A stretch of DNA of 64,000 nt from Elusimicrobiota bacterium (GTDB lineage: Bacteria; Elusimicrobiota; Elusimicrobia; UBA1565; JACRDR01), in contig JAPLKK010000033.1 in the NCBI GenBank assembly GCA_026388115.1, forward strand, positions 2,470 through 66,469, written 5' to 3'. The notes under the pieces are model-generated. The model did not search any database and was not told the origin of the DNA. It worked only from the letters and a program-made list of their open reading frames with translations. Shown one piece after another: positions 8,902-22,848 of the stretch. Made by a program: the position numbers and the translations under genes. Each line of letters begins with the position of its first letter. Position 1 is the stretch's first letter.

Positions 8902-10032
8902 GCAAGCCGAGCGGGGTTCTGGCCCTGGAAGACGGAAGCGTCTTCCGGGGTTTTTCATGCGGGGCCGAAGGCGAGGCGGGCGGAGAGCTGGTCTTCAACA
9001 CCTCGATGACGGGCTACCAGGAAGTCCTCACCGACCCCTCCTATAAGGGCCAGCTTGTCGTGATGACGTATCCGCAGATCGGCAATTACGGCATCACCGC
9101 GGAAGATAACGAATCGAAAAAGCCATTTCTTGAGGCGTTCGTCGTCCGGGAGCTGTGCCGGCATCCCTCCAACTGGCAGTCGGTCGAGACGGTCGAGTTC
9201 TTCCTCAAGAAGCACGGCGTGTGCGCGATCGAGGGCATCGACACGCGCGCGCTGACGCTCAAGCTTCGCGATAAAGGGTCTTTACGCGCGATCGTATCCT
9301 CCGTGGACCTCGACGGCAAACGGCTGGTCGAGAAGGCGCGCGGGCTGCCGTCGATGGCCGGAAGCGACTTTGCGCAGACGGTGACTTGCGACAAGGCGCA
9401 TCCCTGGACGGAGAAGCTCCAGGCGGGACCCTCGGGCCTTGGCGAGTTCCTGGTGCCCGGGCGACCGCTGCATGTCGTCGTGGTGGATTTCGGCGTGAAA
9501 TACAGCATCCTCCGCTGCCTTGCGACGCTCGGTTTTCGCGTGACGGTCGTGCCGGCGAAAATGACGGCGGAGGAGATCCTCGCGCTCAAGCCGGACGGCG
9601 TGCTCCTCTCCAACGGCCCAGGCGACCCGGAACCGGTCACTTACGCCATCGAGACGATCAAGAGGCTCATCGAGACAGGCACGCCGCTGTTCGGCATCTG
9701 CCTCGGCCATCAGCTTCTTGGGCTGGCGCTGGGCGCAAAGACGTTCAAGTTGAAGTTCGGCCATCATGGCGCCAATCATCCGGTCAAAGATCTGACCACG
9801 GGAAAGATCGAGATCACGACGCAGAACCATGGCTTCTGCGTGGATATAGATTCCCTGCCGCGCGAGGTGAAGACGACGCACGTCAATCTCAACGACGGGA
9901 CCTCGGAGGGGATGGCGCACACACAGCTGCCGCTCTTCTCCGTGCAATATCATCCGGAGGCGGCGGCGGGGCCGCATGACACGAGGTATCTCTTCAAACG
10001 ATTTGGCGAGGTGATGGTAGAGAAGAAGATTC

Positions 10033-10040
<8 letters not shown>
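8898..10040 (+). CDS. carA: Carbamoyl-phosphate synthase small (glutamine amidotransferase) subunit
   Basis: GTG start giving [49 protein letters not shown], with the class I GATase triad region (GICLGHQLL...HHGANHPV). It overlaps the carB start by 8 nt. Confidence 0.9.
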
Positions 10041-13285
<3,245 letters not shown>

Positions 13286-13299
<14 letters not shown>

Positions 13300-14998
13300 T
13301 CGCCCGGCGGAAGAACTTGCGGATGGCGAGGCGGAGCTTGTCTCCGGGCGGCAGGCGGGCGAAGTTCGCGCGCAGGACGCCCTTGGTGAAGTAGGTCGGC
13401 TGAGAGACGTCGACAGGGACCTCGATCACCGCGGATCTCCCCCCGCGCGCGGTCCGGAGCGCCCGCTCGACCGCATAGGGAACCTCGTCGTCGGAACCGG
13501 CGAGGAAATACGCCGCGCGGCACAGGCGAGCCAGGCCCTCGATGCTGTAATCGGGCAGCTTCGTCGCGGCGGCGCGGCCGAGCGCGAGGCGCTGAAACTG
13601 GGCGATCTGCCCCAGCTCGCCGTCTTTCAGCGCGCAGACCACGACGGGGGCGCGCTCCTGGACGGACGTCATGAGCGAGAGCCCGGTCATGAGCAGGGCG
13701 CCGTCTCCGGCCACCGCGATCACGTCCGCCTCCGGACGCGCGAACTTGGCGCCGATGGCGGCGGGGACGGAGTAGCCCATGCACGAGAAATCCACCGGGG
13801 CCAGGAAGCGGCCGGGCTTGTCGAGGCGCAGGCGCTCCATCGCGAGGAAAAGCCCGTTGCCGCTGTCGGCGGTGTAAACGGCCCGGGGCGCCGCGCGCTG
13901 CAGCGCGTCGAAAAGAGCTTTCGGCGAAACGCGGCCCGGCTCGGCCTCGCCCGAAGCAAGCGCCTTGGCGTGGCCCTCTTTCAGGCGGCGCTCCAGCTCC
14001 TCCGGACGCGGGCGGGCCTCGACCTTGGGAAGCAGCGCGTCCAGGAACGCGCCCGCGTCGGCTTCGATCGCCAGGCTCGCCGGAAAATTCTTCCCAAACA
14101 CGCCCGCGTCCGCGTCGACATGGATGAGGCAGCGGGGCGCCGGCAGGTCGTAGCCGCCCGTCCCCACCTCGCTGAAGCGGCAGCCCAACGCCAGGATGAC
14201 GTCCGCGTGTTCCAGTTCGCGCGCGGCGAACCGCGGCGCGGCGCAGCCGGCCACGCTCCAGAGCCAAAGGGGATGCGTCTCCGGAAAGACGCCTTTGCCC
14301 TGGATCGTGGTGGCGACCGGGGAGCCGAGCCTCTCCGCCAGCGCCGTCAGCGCCGCCTGCGCGCCGCGCGCCCCGTAGCCGGCGCACAGCACCGGCCGCT
14401 TCGCTGCGCCAAGCAACCGGGCGGCCTCCTCGACCGCGGCCGGAGCGGGAGCGCGCGGCGCCGGCGGTTTGGCCGCATGCTCCATCTTCGGCCAGAGGTG
14501 CGACAACAGATACAGCTCCGCCGGCACCTCGACGGCGACGGGGCCGGCCGGCGCCGCCCGCGCCAGCTCGAAGGCCTCGCGGACGGCGCCGTAGAGTTCC
14601 CCGGCCGCTCTAGGACGCAGCACGGCCTTGGTCACGGGCTTGAGCAAGGCGGCCTGGTCGATGTCGTGAAGCTGGAAGGCGCGGCCGGAGTCGGAGCGGA
14701 CGGCGCAGGCGAGGACCACCATCGGCACCTGGTCCAGATACGCCTCGGCGACGGCGGAGAGGGCATGGGTCAGGCCCGCGCCGGGAACGAGGCTGACGAC
14801 GCCGGTCTCCTCCGAGGCGCGCGACACGCCGTCCGCCATGAAGGCGGCGGCCCGCTCATCGGTGACGAGCACGGCGCGCGCCTTCGAACCCGCCAGCGCG
14901 TCGTAAAGGGCGACGTTGTGGGTGCCGGGAACGCCGAAGACGCGCCGGACGCCCGCGTCCTCGAGAGCGCGCGCGACGATCTGCCCGCCGTCGAGCAT
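13286..14998 (-). CDS. Thiamine pyrophosphate-dependent enzyme (acetolactate-synthase-like family)
   Basis: N-terminal TPP_enzyme_N signature ([19 protein letters not shown]...FMADGVSRA), a central domain, and a C-terminal TPP-binding GDGA/L motif ([10 protein letters not shown]). Confidence 0.75.
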
Positions 14999-15045
14999 CA
15001 GCTGAACACCTCGTGCGACCGCGAGAGGACGGCCATGCGCCGAGT

Positions 15046-16497
15046 TTAGCGGGCGAGGGCGACTTTGTAAAGAGTCGGGCGCTGGTAGGAGAAGAACACG
15101 TCCTCGTAGGAGCCAGTCGTCCCGTCGGCGCGGACGAAAGAAGCGCCCGCGCGGCGGACGACGTCGGAGCCCTGGCCGTCGAAATCGGCGGTGCGCATCG
15201 AAGGGGCGTTCGAGAGCCGGATCTCGCCGACGCCGGCCTCCTCCAAGGAGACCGTGCGGGCGGTCAACGAGCCGCGCCGCATGCCCAGGCCGTACGCCTT
15301 CGCGAGGGCGGCGAGCGCGCGCGCATCGAGGCGGCCGCCGGCCAGGGTCCCCTCGGGCAGCACCCCTTCGCGCTCGGCCTTCTTGACCAGGCCCGCGAGC
15401 GCCTCGAAGCCGTCCACGAAGCCGTCCGGCCGGCCCCGGCCTTCGAGGTCCGTGCGGTCGCCGAAGAGCTGGCTTCCGTTGCCGCCCGCGACGCCGTCGC
15501 GGTTCCTGAACACGAGCACCCCCGTGCCCGAGCCGATGTCATGGATCGTCGAGATCCGCCCGTCGCCGGACAGGTCGAAGCGCGCGAACCCGTCGGAGAC
15601 GCGCACGCCGCGGCCGGACAGGTCGAAGACCAGCGGGCTCATGTGCGTGACCGTCTGGTTCCCCAGCGCGTCCTGGATGATGATGGTGTTGCGCTGTCCG
15701 AAATCCTTCGACTGGTCGTAGCCCCCGTAGATCCACTTCTGGCCGTTGCCCAAGTCGACGGCCGGCCGGCCCTGCGCATCGGTGGTGCAGCGCGTCCCCA
15801 GGCCGCTGCAATTAGCGAACATGCCGTGGCGCGCGTAGTCGGTGTTGATGTTCGCCATCGCCTCCCTGACGCCGACGCTTCCGCGGACGATGGCGGCGGC
15901 GAGGACGCTGCCCGCCAGCGCCGCCTTCCCCCGCAGGCCGGGCCCGCCCGCGTGCCAGAGCGAGGAGACGAAGTGCAGCCGCTTGAAGCCGGCGGGGTCG
16001 GCGTCGGAAGAGAGCCATTCGGAGCTCGCGGCCCGCAGGCTGGGCCGCCGCGCGACATGCTCCACCATCTTCTCCTCCGGCGCCGGCTGGACCGCGAACG
16101 CGGCGACGGCCGCGGGCGCCGCGCCAAGCGCGGGGAGGACCGGGGACTCGTTGACGATCGGGGCGGCGAGGGAGAAGGGCACGAGGCCGTCCTCGTATTG
16201 CGGCGTGAGCGCCTGGGCGGGGTCATAAGGCGCGAGGATCTCGGGTGCGGCGGCCGCGGGCAAGGCCGCCTCGGGGGCCGGTTGCGGCAGGGGGGCCGCG
16301 GAAGGCTCGACCGCCGGCTCGATGGCGGACTTCGGCGCCTCGAAGATGGCGAAAGAGGCGACGCCCGCGGCGAAAAGCAGTTGGGCCACGAACGCCGAAG
16401 GCGCGCTCAGCCGGGCAACGGTCCGCCGCGCCTGCGGGGCAGGGCGGGGAGCGGCCTTGGCCGCTTCGGCGAGTTCAACGTAGGCCAGGGTCTCCAT
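15046..16497 (-). CDS. Membrane-anchored hypothetical protein with a Pro/Ala-rich linker
   Basis: Start chosen at METLAYVELAEAA. It has one TM helix (SAFVAQLLFAAGVASFAIF) and a P/A-rich spacer before a non-repetitive C-terminal domain. No recognised family. Confidence 0.4.
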   Translation of the reverse strand: METLAYVELAEAAKAAPRPAPQARRTVARLSAPSAFVAQLLFAAGVASFAIFEAPKSAIEPAVEPSAAPLPQPAPEAALPAAAAPEILAPYDPAQALTPQYEDGLVPFSLAAPIVNESPVLPALGAAPAAVAAFAVQPAPEEKMVEHVARRPSLRAASSEWLSSDADPAGFKRLHFVSSLWHAGGPGLRGKAALAGSVLAAAIVRGSVGVREAMANINTDYARHGMFANCSGLGTRCTTDAQGRPAVDLGNGQKWIYGGYDQSKDFGQRNTIIIQDALGNQTVTHMSPLVFDLSGRGVRVSDGFARFDLSGDGRISTIHDIGSGTGVLVFRNRDGVAGGNGSQLFGDRTDLEGRGRPDGFVDGFEALAGLVKKAEREGVLPEGTLAGGRLDARALAALAKAYGLGMRRGSLTARTVSLEEAGVGEIRLSNAPSMRTADFDGQGSDVVRRAGASFVRADGTTGSYEDVFFSYQRPTLYKVALAR

Positions 16498-16649
16498 TTT
16501 CTCCTCTCTCGCCCATAGCATGCCTGTCCCAGGCAAAATGCCGTTAGCCTTTCGGTTAAAGTTTGGACATATAGGCCCTTGGACCTATTCGGCATAGGTC
16601 CCTAAGGCCCAGGGGAGCCGCCCCCCCTTCCTCTTATAATATCGATGTC

Positions 16650-17594
16650 ATGGGACGGTTCTGGAGCTTCCTCTCGGCGCTGACAATCCTCTGCGGCGCC
16701 GCCCTTTTGCCCGCAAAAGCCGCCGTCACCCTCGTCCAGCCGGTCGAACTGGACAATAAGATCGACGACATCAAAGACGCCCTCGCCGACGTCAACGCGG
16801 ACCCGGCCGGCCTGCACGTCAGGGCCCAGCGGATGTTCGACCAGGCGCAGGACACTCACCATATTCCGGTGACGGGCATCGGCGAATGGCAGCGGCCCGA
16901 GGCGCTCACCGCGGACCCGGCCGAGGAAGCCGACGTGGCCGCGACCCTGCGCAAGTTCAAGGGCCTCGTGACTTCCGAGCCGCCGCCGCCGATCGCCAAA
17001 TCGCCGGACGCGCACAACCGCATCCTCGAGGACTACGCCGCTTTCGAGGACCTCGTCGGGCAGGACCGCGTGAAGAAGGACACGGACGGCCAGCTCCCGA
17101 AGAACGCCGTCGCGGCCTATGTCTGGAACGTGGCCGAGAGCGCGAAAGACGGTGCGGTCGACGGGATGATGCTCGCCCAGCCGGCCCTCTTCAAGGCGGC
17201 GCGCAAGCTCGGCGAGTTCATCCTCCCCACCCTCGGCGCGCACGAGCCGCGCCACCGCATGGAGCACCTGCAGGACGCCAAGAAGCTCTCCGACCAGGTG
17301 CAGGACGAGGAGGTCGAGGCCTTCTACGACGAGGGCGCGCTCATGACCTGGATGGACCCCTCGGGCGAGAAGTTCATGTACCTGTGGACCGTCACCGTCG
17401 AGCGGCCCGACACGCCGAAGTTCGTCGTCGAGTACGTCAAGCACCTCGCCAAGGTGCGCTACGCCTACAGCCAGGGCCGCCCGGCGATCAAACAGCTCGT
17501 GCAGGAGCTGGGCTACGAGGACAAGCCCGGCCAGTACCAGGCGACCCAGCAGGCCGTGCAGGCGCCGGCGGCCGCCGGCCAGCCCGGCTCCTGA
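16650..17594 (+). CDS. Secreted hypothetical protein
   Basis: Signal peptide MGRFWSFLSALTILCGAALLPAKAAV, with a clean non-repetitive frame. Confidence 0.5.
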   Translation: MGRFWSFLSALTILCGAALLPAKAAVTLVQPVELDNKIDDIKDALADVNADPAGLHVRAQRMFDQAQDTHHIPVTGIGEWQRPEALTADPAEEADVAATLRKFKGLVTSEPPPPIAKSPDAHNRILEDYAAFEDLVGQDRVKKDTDGQLPKNAVAAYVWNVAESAKDGAVDGMMLAQPALFKAARKLGEFILPTLGAHEPRHRMEHLQDAKKLSDQVQDEEVEAFYDEGALMTWMDPSGEKFMYLWTVTVERPDTPKFVVEYVKHLAKVRYAYSQGRPAIKQLVQELGYEDKPGQYQATQQAVQAPAAAGQPGS

Positions 17595-18332
17595 TCAGCC
17601 GAGCGCGCTCACCGCGAAGGCCGCCGCGGTCCCCAAGACAGTCGCCACGACCGTTCCCGCCGTGCTTTGCTCGCTGTGGGCCTCGGACAAGAGATAGGCT
17701 CCGCCGATATACAGGATGAAGCCGGCGAAATATCCCAGGAAGATCGTCAGCGTCTGGGGCGAAGGCTGGATGAAGAAGGTCAGGATGACGCCCGCGATCG
17801 GCGCCAGCGCGTCCACGACCAGCAGGGCGGCGGCCCGCCGGTCTGAATTCTCCGAGTTGAGCATCACGGCGACGGTGTTCATTCCGTCGATGGCGTCGTG
17901 CGAGATGACCGCGACGCCGACGGTGATGCCGATCGCGTGGCTCACCTGGAACGCCAGGCCGAGGCAGATGCCGTCGGTCATGCTGTGGCCGATGAGCGCC
18001 ACCGCCGACAATATCCCCGCCTGCGGGTGGCGGTGCCCCGCGTCGCAGTAGCCCTCGCCGTGGTGGATCGCGATCGCGCGCTCCAGGACGTGAAAGATAA
18101 GATAGCCGGCGGCGAAAGCCATCATCGGCCCGCGGGCGGAGACGCCGAGGTCGCGCACGCGCGTCATGATCTCCGGGAGGATGTCGAAGGTCACCAAGCC
18201 GAGCATGACGCCGGCGGCCAGGCCCATCAGCAGGTGCATCCGCTTGCGCAGGCGGAACGCCCCCAGGCCTCCAAGGAGCGTGGAGACGAGCGAGGCCGCG
18301 CAAAAGCCCATCGGCAGAAGGTAGCGGTTCAT
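17595..18332 (-). CDS. zupT: ZIP-family zinc transporter (ZupT-like)
   Basis: Eight TM segments with His-rich motifs HHGEGYCDAGHRH and HSMTDG..SHDAIDG, characteristic of ZIP permeases. Confidence 0.85.
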   Translation of the reverse strand: MNRYLLPMGFCAASLVSTLLGGLGAFRLRKRMHLLMGLAAGVMLGLVTFDILPEIMTRVRDLGVSARGPMMAFAAGYLIFHVLERAIAIHHGEGYCDAGHRHPQAGILSAVALIGHSMTDGICLGLAFQVSHAIGITVGVAVISHDAIDGMNTVAVMLNSENSDRRAAALLVVDALAPIAGVILTFFIQPSPQTLTIFLGYFAGFILYIGGAYLLSEAHSEQSTAGTVVATVLGTAAAFAVSALG

Positions 18333-19198
18333 GACAAGGCAGCGCGCACGCCGCGCACGGCGCTCGAAAGGAGCAGGAGGATGAACGCCATGGCGACGAC
18401 CACCGGGCCGAGCGGCAGGTCATAGGTGTACGAGACGTAGAAGCCGCCGAAGGCGCTGATGCCGCCGAGAAGCGCCGACAAGACGGAGAACGACATGATC
18501 CCCCGCGACCAGGGCAATGCCGTCATGGGCGGAAGCACCAGGAAGCCGAAGATGACCAGCGGGCCGACCGTCATGACGCCCAAGGAGATCGTCAGCCCGA
18601 CGAGCGCGTAGAGGAGCACGTCCCAGAGCAGCACGTTGCGGCCCAGGGTCACGGCCATGTCCCGGTCGTAGGAAACGAGCAGGAACTCCTTCTGGAACAC
18701 CAGCATCGTGGCCGCCACGACGCCGAAGACGTCGAGCATGGCGTGGAAGTCGGCCTCGGAGATGGAGACGATCTCGCCCTTGAGCAGCCCCAGCATCTCG
18801 GTCTCCCCCGCCGCGTTCCAGGCGACGAAGAGGATGGAGGCCGCCCCGGCCGCCGCGTAGATGGCGCCGATGCGGCCCTCGGACATGCCTTGGCTGCGCC
18901 GCTCGAGCCAGGCAAGGATCAGGATCGCCAAGCCGGTGAAGATCAGAGAGCCGATGATCGCCAGATGCTTCTCCTGGCTCTCGCTGCCCGAGAAATAGTT
19001 GAGGCCCAGGCCCTGGAGCAGGAAGGCGAAAGCGATGCCTGCCGCCGAGACCTGAGGCAAGGCGACTCCCCAGAAGACGAGCCGCCTCAGCACGAAGTAG
19101 ACGCCGACGAGCGGGCAGACGAGGCCCACCACAAGGCTGCCGTACACCGCATGGTGCAGGAGGAAGTCGGGCTTGATGATCTCAAGGAGCTGGCTCAT
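18329..19198 (-). CDS. znuB: Metal ABC transporter permease (ZnuB/ABC-3 family)
   Basis: Start MSQLLEIIKPDF. It is polytopic and ABC-3-like. Its ATG overlaps the znuC stop (ATGA). Confidence 0.8.
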   Translation of the reverse strand: MSQLLEIIKPDFLLHHAVYGSLVVGLVCPLVGVYFVLRRLVFWGVALPQVSAAGIAFAFLLQGLGLNYFSGSESQEKHLAIIGSLIFTGLAILILAWLERRSQGMSEGRIGAIYAAAGAASILFVAWNAAGETEMLGLLKGEIVSISEADFHAMLDVFGVVAATMLVFQKEFLLVSYDRDMAVTLGRNVLLWDVLLYALVGLTISLGVMTVGPLVIFGFLVLPPMTALPWSRGIMSFSVLSALLGGISAFGGFYVSYTYDLPLGPVVVAMAFILLLLSSAVRGVRAALS

Positions 19199-19922
19199 CC
19201 CGCCTCTCCGTGGAAGATCTCCTTCAGCTCGCCGGTCAGCATCTCCTCGGTCGTCCCCATGGCGGCCTTGCCGTCGTTGCACCAGAGGATGTGCGTGAAC
19301 AAGCCCTTCTCGGCGCGGATGCGATGGCTGACCATGAGGATGGTCAGGCCGCGGTCCTGCTTGAGCTCGCCGAGGAGCTTGAGCAAGGCCTTTTGCGTCG
19401 TCACGTCGATGCCGGCCAAGGGCTCGTCCAAGGCGAGCACCTCGGGCTCGGCGGCGAGGGCGCGCGCGATGAGCACGCGCTGCTTCTGCCCGCCGGAAAG
19501 GTCGCTGTACAGCTTGTCGGCCAGCGTCTGCGCGCCCGCCGCCGCCAGGCAGTCCTGCACGAACCCGCGGCGGCCAAGGCCGCGCAGCCGCTGGAACAGC
19601 TCGACGTTGCGATAGGTGCCCATGGCCACCACGTCGAAAGCCGAGAGCGGGTAAAGCGGGTCGAGCCGTTCTTTTTGGGGAACGTAGCCGAAGCGCACCA
19701 AGCCGAGACCGGCCCCCCGTCGGACGAGTTGTCCCTTGAGCGGCGGGATCAGCCCCAGGAGCGTCCTGAGCAACGTGGTCTTGCCCGAGCCGTTGTGGCC
19801 CAGGATGCCGACGAACGAGCCCGCCTCGATGCCCGCGTCCACTCCCGCGAGCACGGCGTTCTTGCCGTAGCCCAACGAGGCGTGCCTGAACTTGAAGAGC
19901 GGCTCTATCAGGAAGGCTCCTT
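19195..19922 (-). CDS. znuC: Metal ABC transporter ATP-binding protein
   Basis: Walker A GHNGSGKTTLL, the ABC signature LSGGQKQRVLIARAL, and Walker B VLALDEP. The true start is probably a non-ATG codon near 19916-19922, abutting the znuA stop. Confidence 0.8.
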
Positions 19923-20846
19923 GCCCGTCACGGCGGTCACGATGTTCTTGAGGTTCTTCTCCTGGAGCTTCACCCAGGTCTTGGTGTCCGGCAGGGAATT
20001 CGCCATGACGCCGATGACGGCGATCTTGGCGCCCGTCTGCTCGGCGAGCCACTCGACGGTCTTCGTCTCGAAATGCTGCTCGCGGACGATGAGCTTCACG
20101 TTCTGGGCCTTCATCTCCTCGACGAGCCGCTCCAGGTGCGTCGGCGTGGGCGGCACGCCCGGCTTGAACTCGACCGTGTCGATGAAATCCAGGCCGGTGA
20201 ACTTGCCCAGGTAGGCCACGTCCTTATGGTAAGAGATCGCCTTGACGCCCTTGAGAGACGCGACCCATTTCCTCCACTCTGCGATCTTGGGATCCATCTC
20301 CGCGAGAAAAGCCTTGAGGTTCTTCTGGTAATCGGCCGCATGCGCCGGGTCGATGCGAGAAAACCCCGCCGCGATGTTGCGCGCGATCTGCGGGCCGTTC
20401 TGCGGGCCGAGGTTGTAGTGGGGATTGCCGTAGGGGTGCAGCTCCCCCTCCGCGCGGCTCAGCGTCTCCGGCTTCTCCAGGATCTGGACGCCTTCCGACA
20501 CGTCGATGCAGCCCGGGCCCACGCATTCGCGGATGGGATCGGTGCGCATCTTGGGGTTCACCGCCGCGTCGAGCAGGCCGGGCAGGAACGAATGCTCGAC
20601 GGTGAGGCCCAAGTAGATCACCGCGTCGGCTCGATTGAGCCTGGTCACGAAGCTCGGCCGCATGACGACCTGGTGGATGTCCTCGGTCCCCCGGGCCAGC
20701 GAACCCTGCACGTCGACATCATCGCCGCCGATCTGCGAGGCGATGTCGGCCAACTCCGGGATGGTGGCGAGCACCTTGAGCTTGGCCGCGTGCGCGGGCG
20801 CGGCAAGGGCGGCCAGCAGAGCCGCCGCGAAAATCATCCCATTCAC
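19908..20846 (-). CDS. znuA: Zinc/manganese ABC transporter substrate-binding protein (TroA/ZnuA family)
   Basis: It has a signal peptide. Cluster-9 solute-binding-protein signatures are present (His-containing ...HPYGNPHYNLGPQN..., ISYHKDVAYL). Confidence 0.85.
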   Translation of the reverse strand: MNGMIFAAALLAALAAPAHAAKLKVLATIPELADIASQIGGDDVDVQGSLARGTEDIHQVVMRPSFVTRLNRADAVIYLGLTVEHSFLPGLLDAAVNPKMRTDPIRECVGPGCIDVSEGVQILEKPETLSRAEGELHPYGNPHYNLGPQNGPQIARNIAAGFSRIDPAHAADYQKNLKAFLAEMDPKIAEWRKWVASLKGVKAISYHKDVAYLGKFTGLDFIDTVEFKPGVPPTPTHLERLVEEMKAQNVKLIVREQHFETKTVEWLAEQTGAKIAVIGVMANSLPDTKTWVKLQEKNLKNIVTAVTGKEPS

Positions 20847-20856
20847 GAGGCTCTCC

Positions 20857-22081
20857 TCAAGCTCCCCAGCGTCCGCGGAAGCCGTGGACGTGATAGCCGA
20901 TCACGCAAGTCCACTGTAGCGCGATCATGTGCCCCGCGCGCAGGGCGAAGAGGTCGTTGGCCCCGAAGTCCGTGCCGGCCACGCCGGTCACCGCCTCGCG
21001 GAAGTTGTTGACGGTGCGCGAGTACTGGAGCCGCACTCGGTTGAACTCCGTGATCTCGAAGGTGAGATAGCCGGCGAAGGTCTTCGAGACCTTCGCCCGG
21101 TCGCCGGGGAGCTCGGTCACGTCCACGAAGCCGCCGACGTGGGTGTCGCGGCCGAGCTTGGTCTCGATGTTCGAGTAGCCCGCGTAGGAATGCACGCGCC
21201 CGGCGGGGGCGCTCAGATCGGGCGCGTATGCCTCCTCGTTGTCCTGCAGCACCTCGGTCGTCCAGATGATCCCGTGGTAGAGGCCTCCGACCGGAGGCTG
21301 ATAGCGGACGGTCAGGTCCACGCCCGACAGCGCGCGGAAGCTCTTGTTCAGGGCGAGGCCTGCGCCGTTCACCGTCGAAACGACCTGACGTTTAGGCGTC
21401 CAGGCCGCGCTGGCGCCGAGGTCCGCGCCCCAGGAGTCGCCGAGGTCGCCGTAGCCGTGCAGGCGCCCCAGATAGGTGAACCGGTCCAGCGGCCGCGCCG
21501 GCTGATTGTCGGCGCGAACATTGCTGGCGCCGATCTTGTTGTAGGCGCCGACGTAGCCTTCCAGATAGAACGGCGTCGGGAAGAGAAAATTGACGTCCAA
21601 TCCGTCGGCGCGGCTCTCGGACCCGATGTAGGTCACCAGCGAATTCGGCCGATAGACCATCGGGAGCCCGTGATCGGCCGAAAGGCGCGAAGACGCGCCC
21701 GCCTCGAACCGTGAGATTATAGGGAAGGGACGTGGTTTGGGCGGCCGCCTCCTCCACGTCGACGCCGCCATCGAAGCCGGTGATGATGGCGAAGACTTTG
21801 GCGAACGGGTCCGCCGCCGCCTCCAGGTTCAACTCGGCCGCGCGGAAGTCGAAGGTCGCCTTGTCGCTCGTGTTGCGGAACACAGTGTCGAGCGCCATGC
21901 CCATCGCCGGGTTGAACGAGGAGATCGATGCCTTGGCCGGCGCGCCCTCGATGGCCGCGAGACGCTGCTCGAGCGACTTGATGCGCTCCTCGGCGCTCTG
22001 CGGCGCCTCGGCCGCGGGCATCTCCTGCCCGCGTACAGCCGGCGCGAAGCATAAGAGCAGCATCCAAATGAATTTATTCAT
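20857..22081 (-). pseudogene. Outer-membrane beta-barrel porin, reading frame interrupted by a frameshift near 21700-21725
   Basis: The upstream frame (signal peptide MNKFIWMLLLCFAPAVRGQ, coiled-coil, ...GFDGGVDVEEAAAQ) and the downstream frame (FEAGASSRLSADHGLPMVY... with an alternating hydrophobic beta-barrel pattern to the C-terminus) overlap by about 380 nt in different frames. The upstream frame becomes Arg-rich junk after the overlap. This is either a true pseudogene or a sequencing indel. Confidence 0.5.
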
Positions 22082-22139
22082 GACCCTTCGCAAAGAAAGG
22101 CCCTTTCCGGGGCCGGAGGAAGCTCGAATGATAGAAAAT

Positions 22140-22718
22140 TCAGCCAGCCGGCGGGCATCGAGGCTTTGACAGTCGCCGCAGGAAGAAGGCGCCGGCCAGG
22201 CCGAAGGCCAAGCCAAGGAGCGCGCCGCTGGTGACGTCGAGCGGGAAGTGGACGCCGACATACACGCGGCTATAAGCCACGACCACGGCCAAGCCGAAGA
22301 CCCAGGGAGCCGTCGCCGGCTCGACCAGGCTCAGAAACGTCGCTCCAGCGAAGCAATTAGCCGCATGGTTCGAGGGGAAGCTCATGCCGTACATGGGCTG
22401 GGTGCGCAAGACCGTCTCCACCCCCGCTTTCTGGGGCCGGGCGCGATGAAAATACGGCTTAATGATCCTGTGCGCGACCGAATCAGTCAGCCCGATGACC
22501 AGGACCAGGGTCAGGATGGCCTTTGCCGCTGCCCAGCCGCGCCTGTACACCCAGTAGGCCAGCGCAGCCGGCACGACGCCGAAAGCGACCAGCCGGACCT
22601 TGTGGAGATCGGTGACGACCGGCATGGTCTTATCAAGGAAAGAGCACGTCCAGACCTGGTTCACCTGATGGAAGAGCCAATGGTCCGCGCCCCGCAACGA
22701 CTGAAAAACGCTCAGCAT
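22140..22718 (-). CDS. PAP2-family phosphatase (phosphatidic acid / undecaprenyl-pyrophosphate phosphatase type)
   Basis: The three PAP2 motifs are KPYFHRARP, PSNH and SRVYVGVHFPLD, on a polytopic membrane protein. Confidence 0.8.
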   Translation of the reverse strand: MLSVFQSLRGADHWLFHQVNQVWTCSFLDKTMPVVTDLHKVRLVAFGVVPAALAYWVYRRGWAAAKAILTLVLVIGLTDSVAHRIIKPYFHRARPQKAGVETVLRTQPMYGMSFPSNHAANCFAGATFLSLVEPATAPWVFGLAVVVAYSRVYVGVHFPLDVTSGALLGLAFGLAGAFFLRRLSKPRCPPAG

Positions 22719-22848
22719 CGCCGAGAAATATAGCTTACCATTAAGCTACAATAGAAACCTCAGCCCGGTCGACCGCCCCCGAGATTCGGCGGCCGTCGAC
22801 CGCGCGACCTAACCTACAGCCACTACAGCGACGATCACATAATAACCC

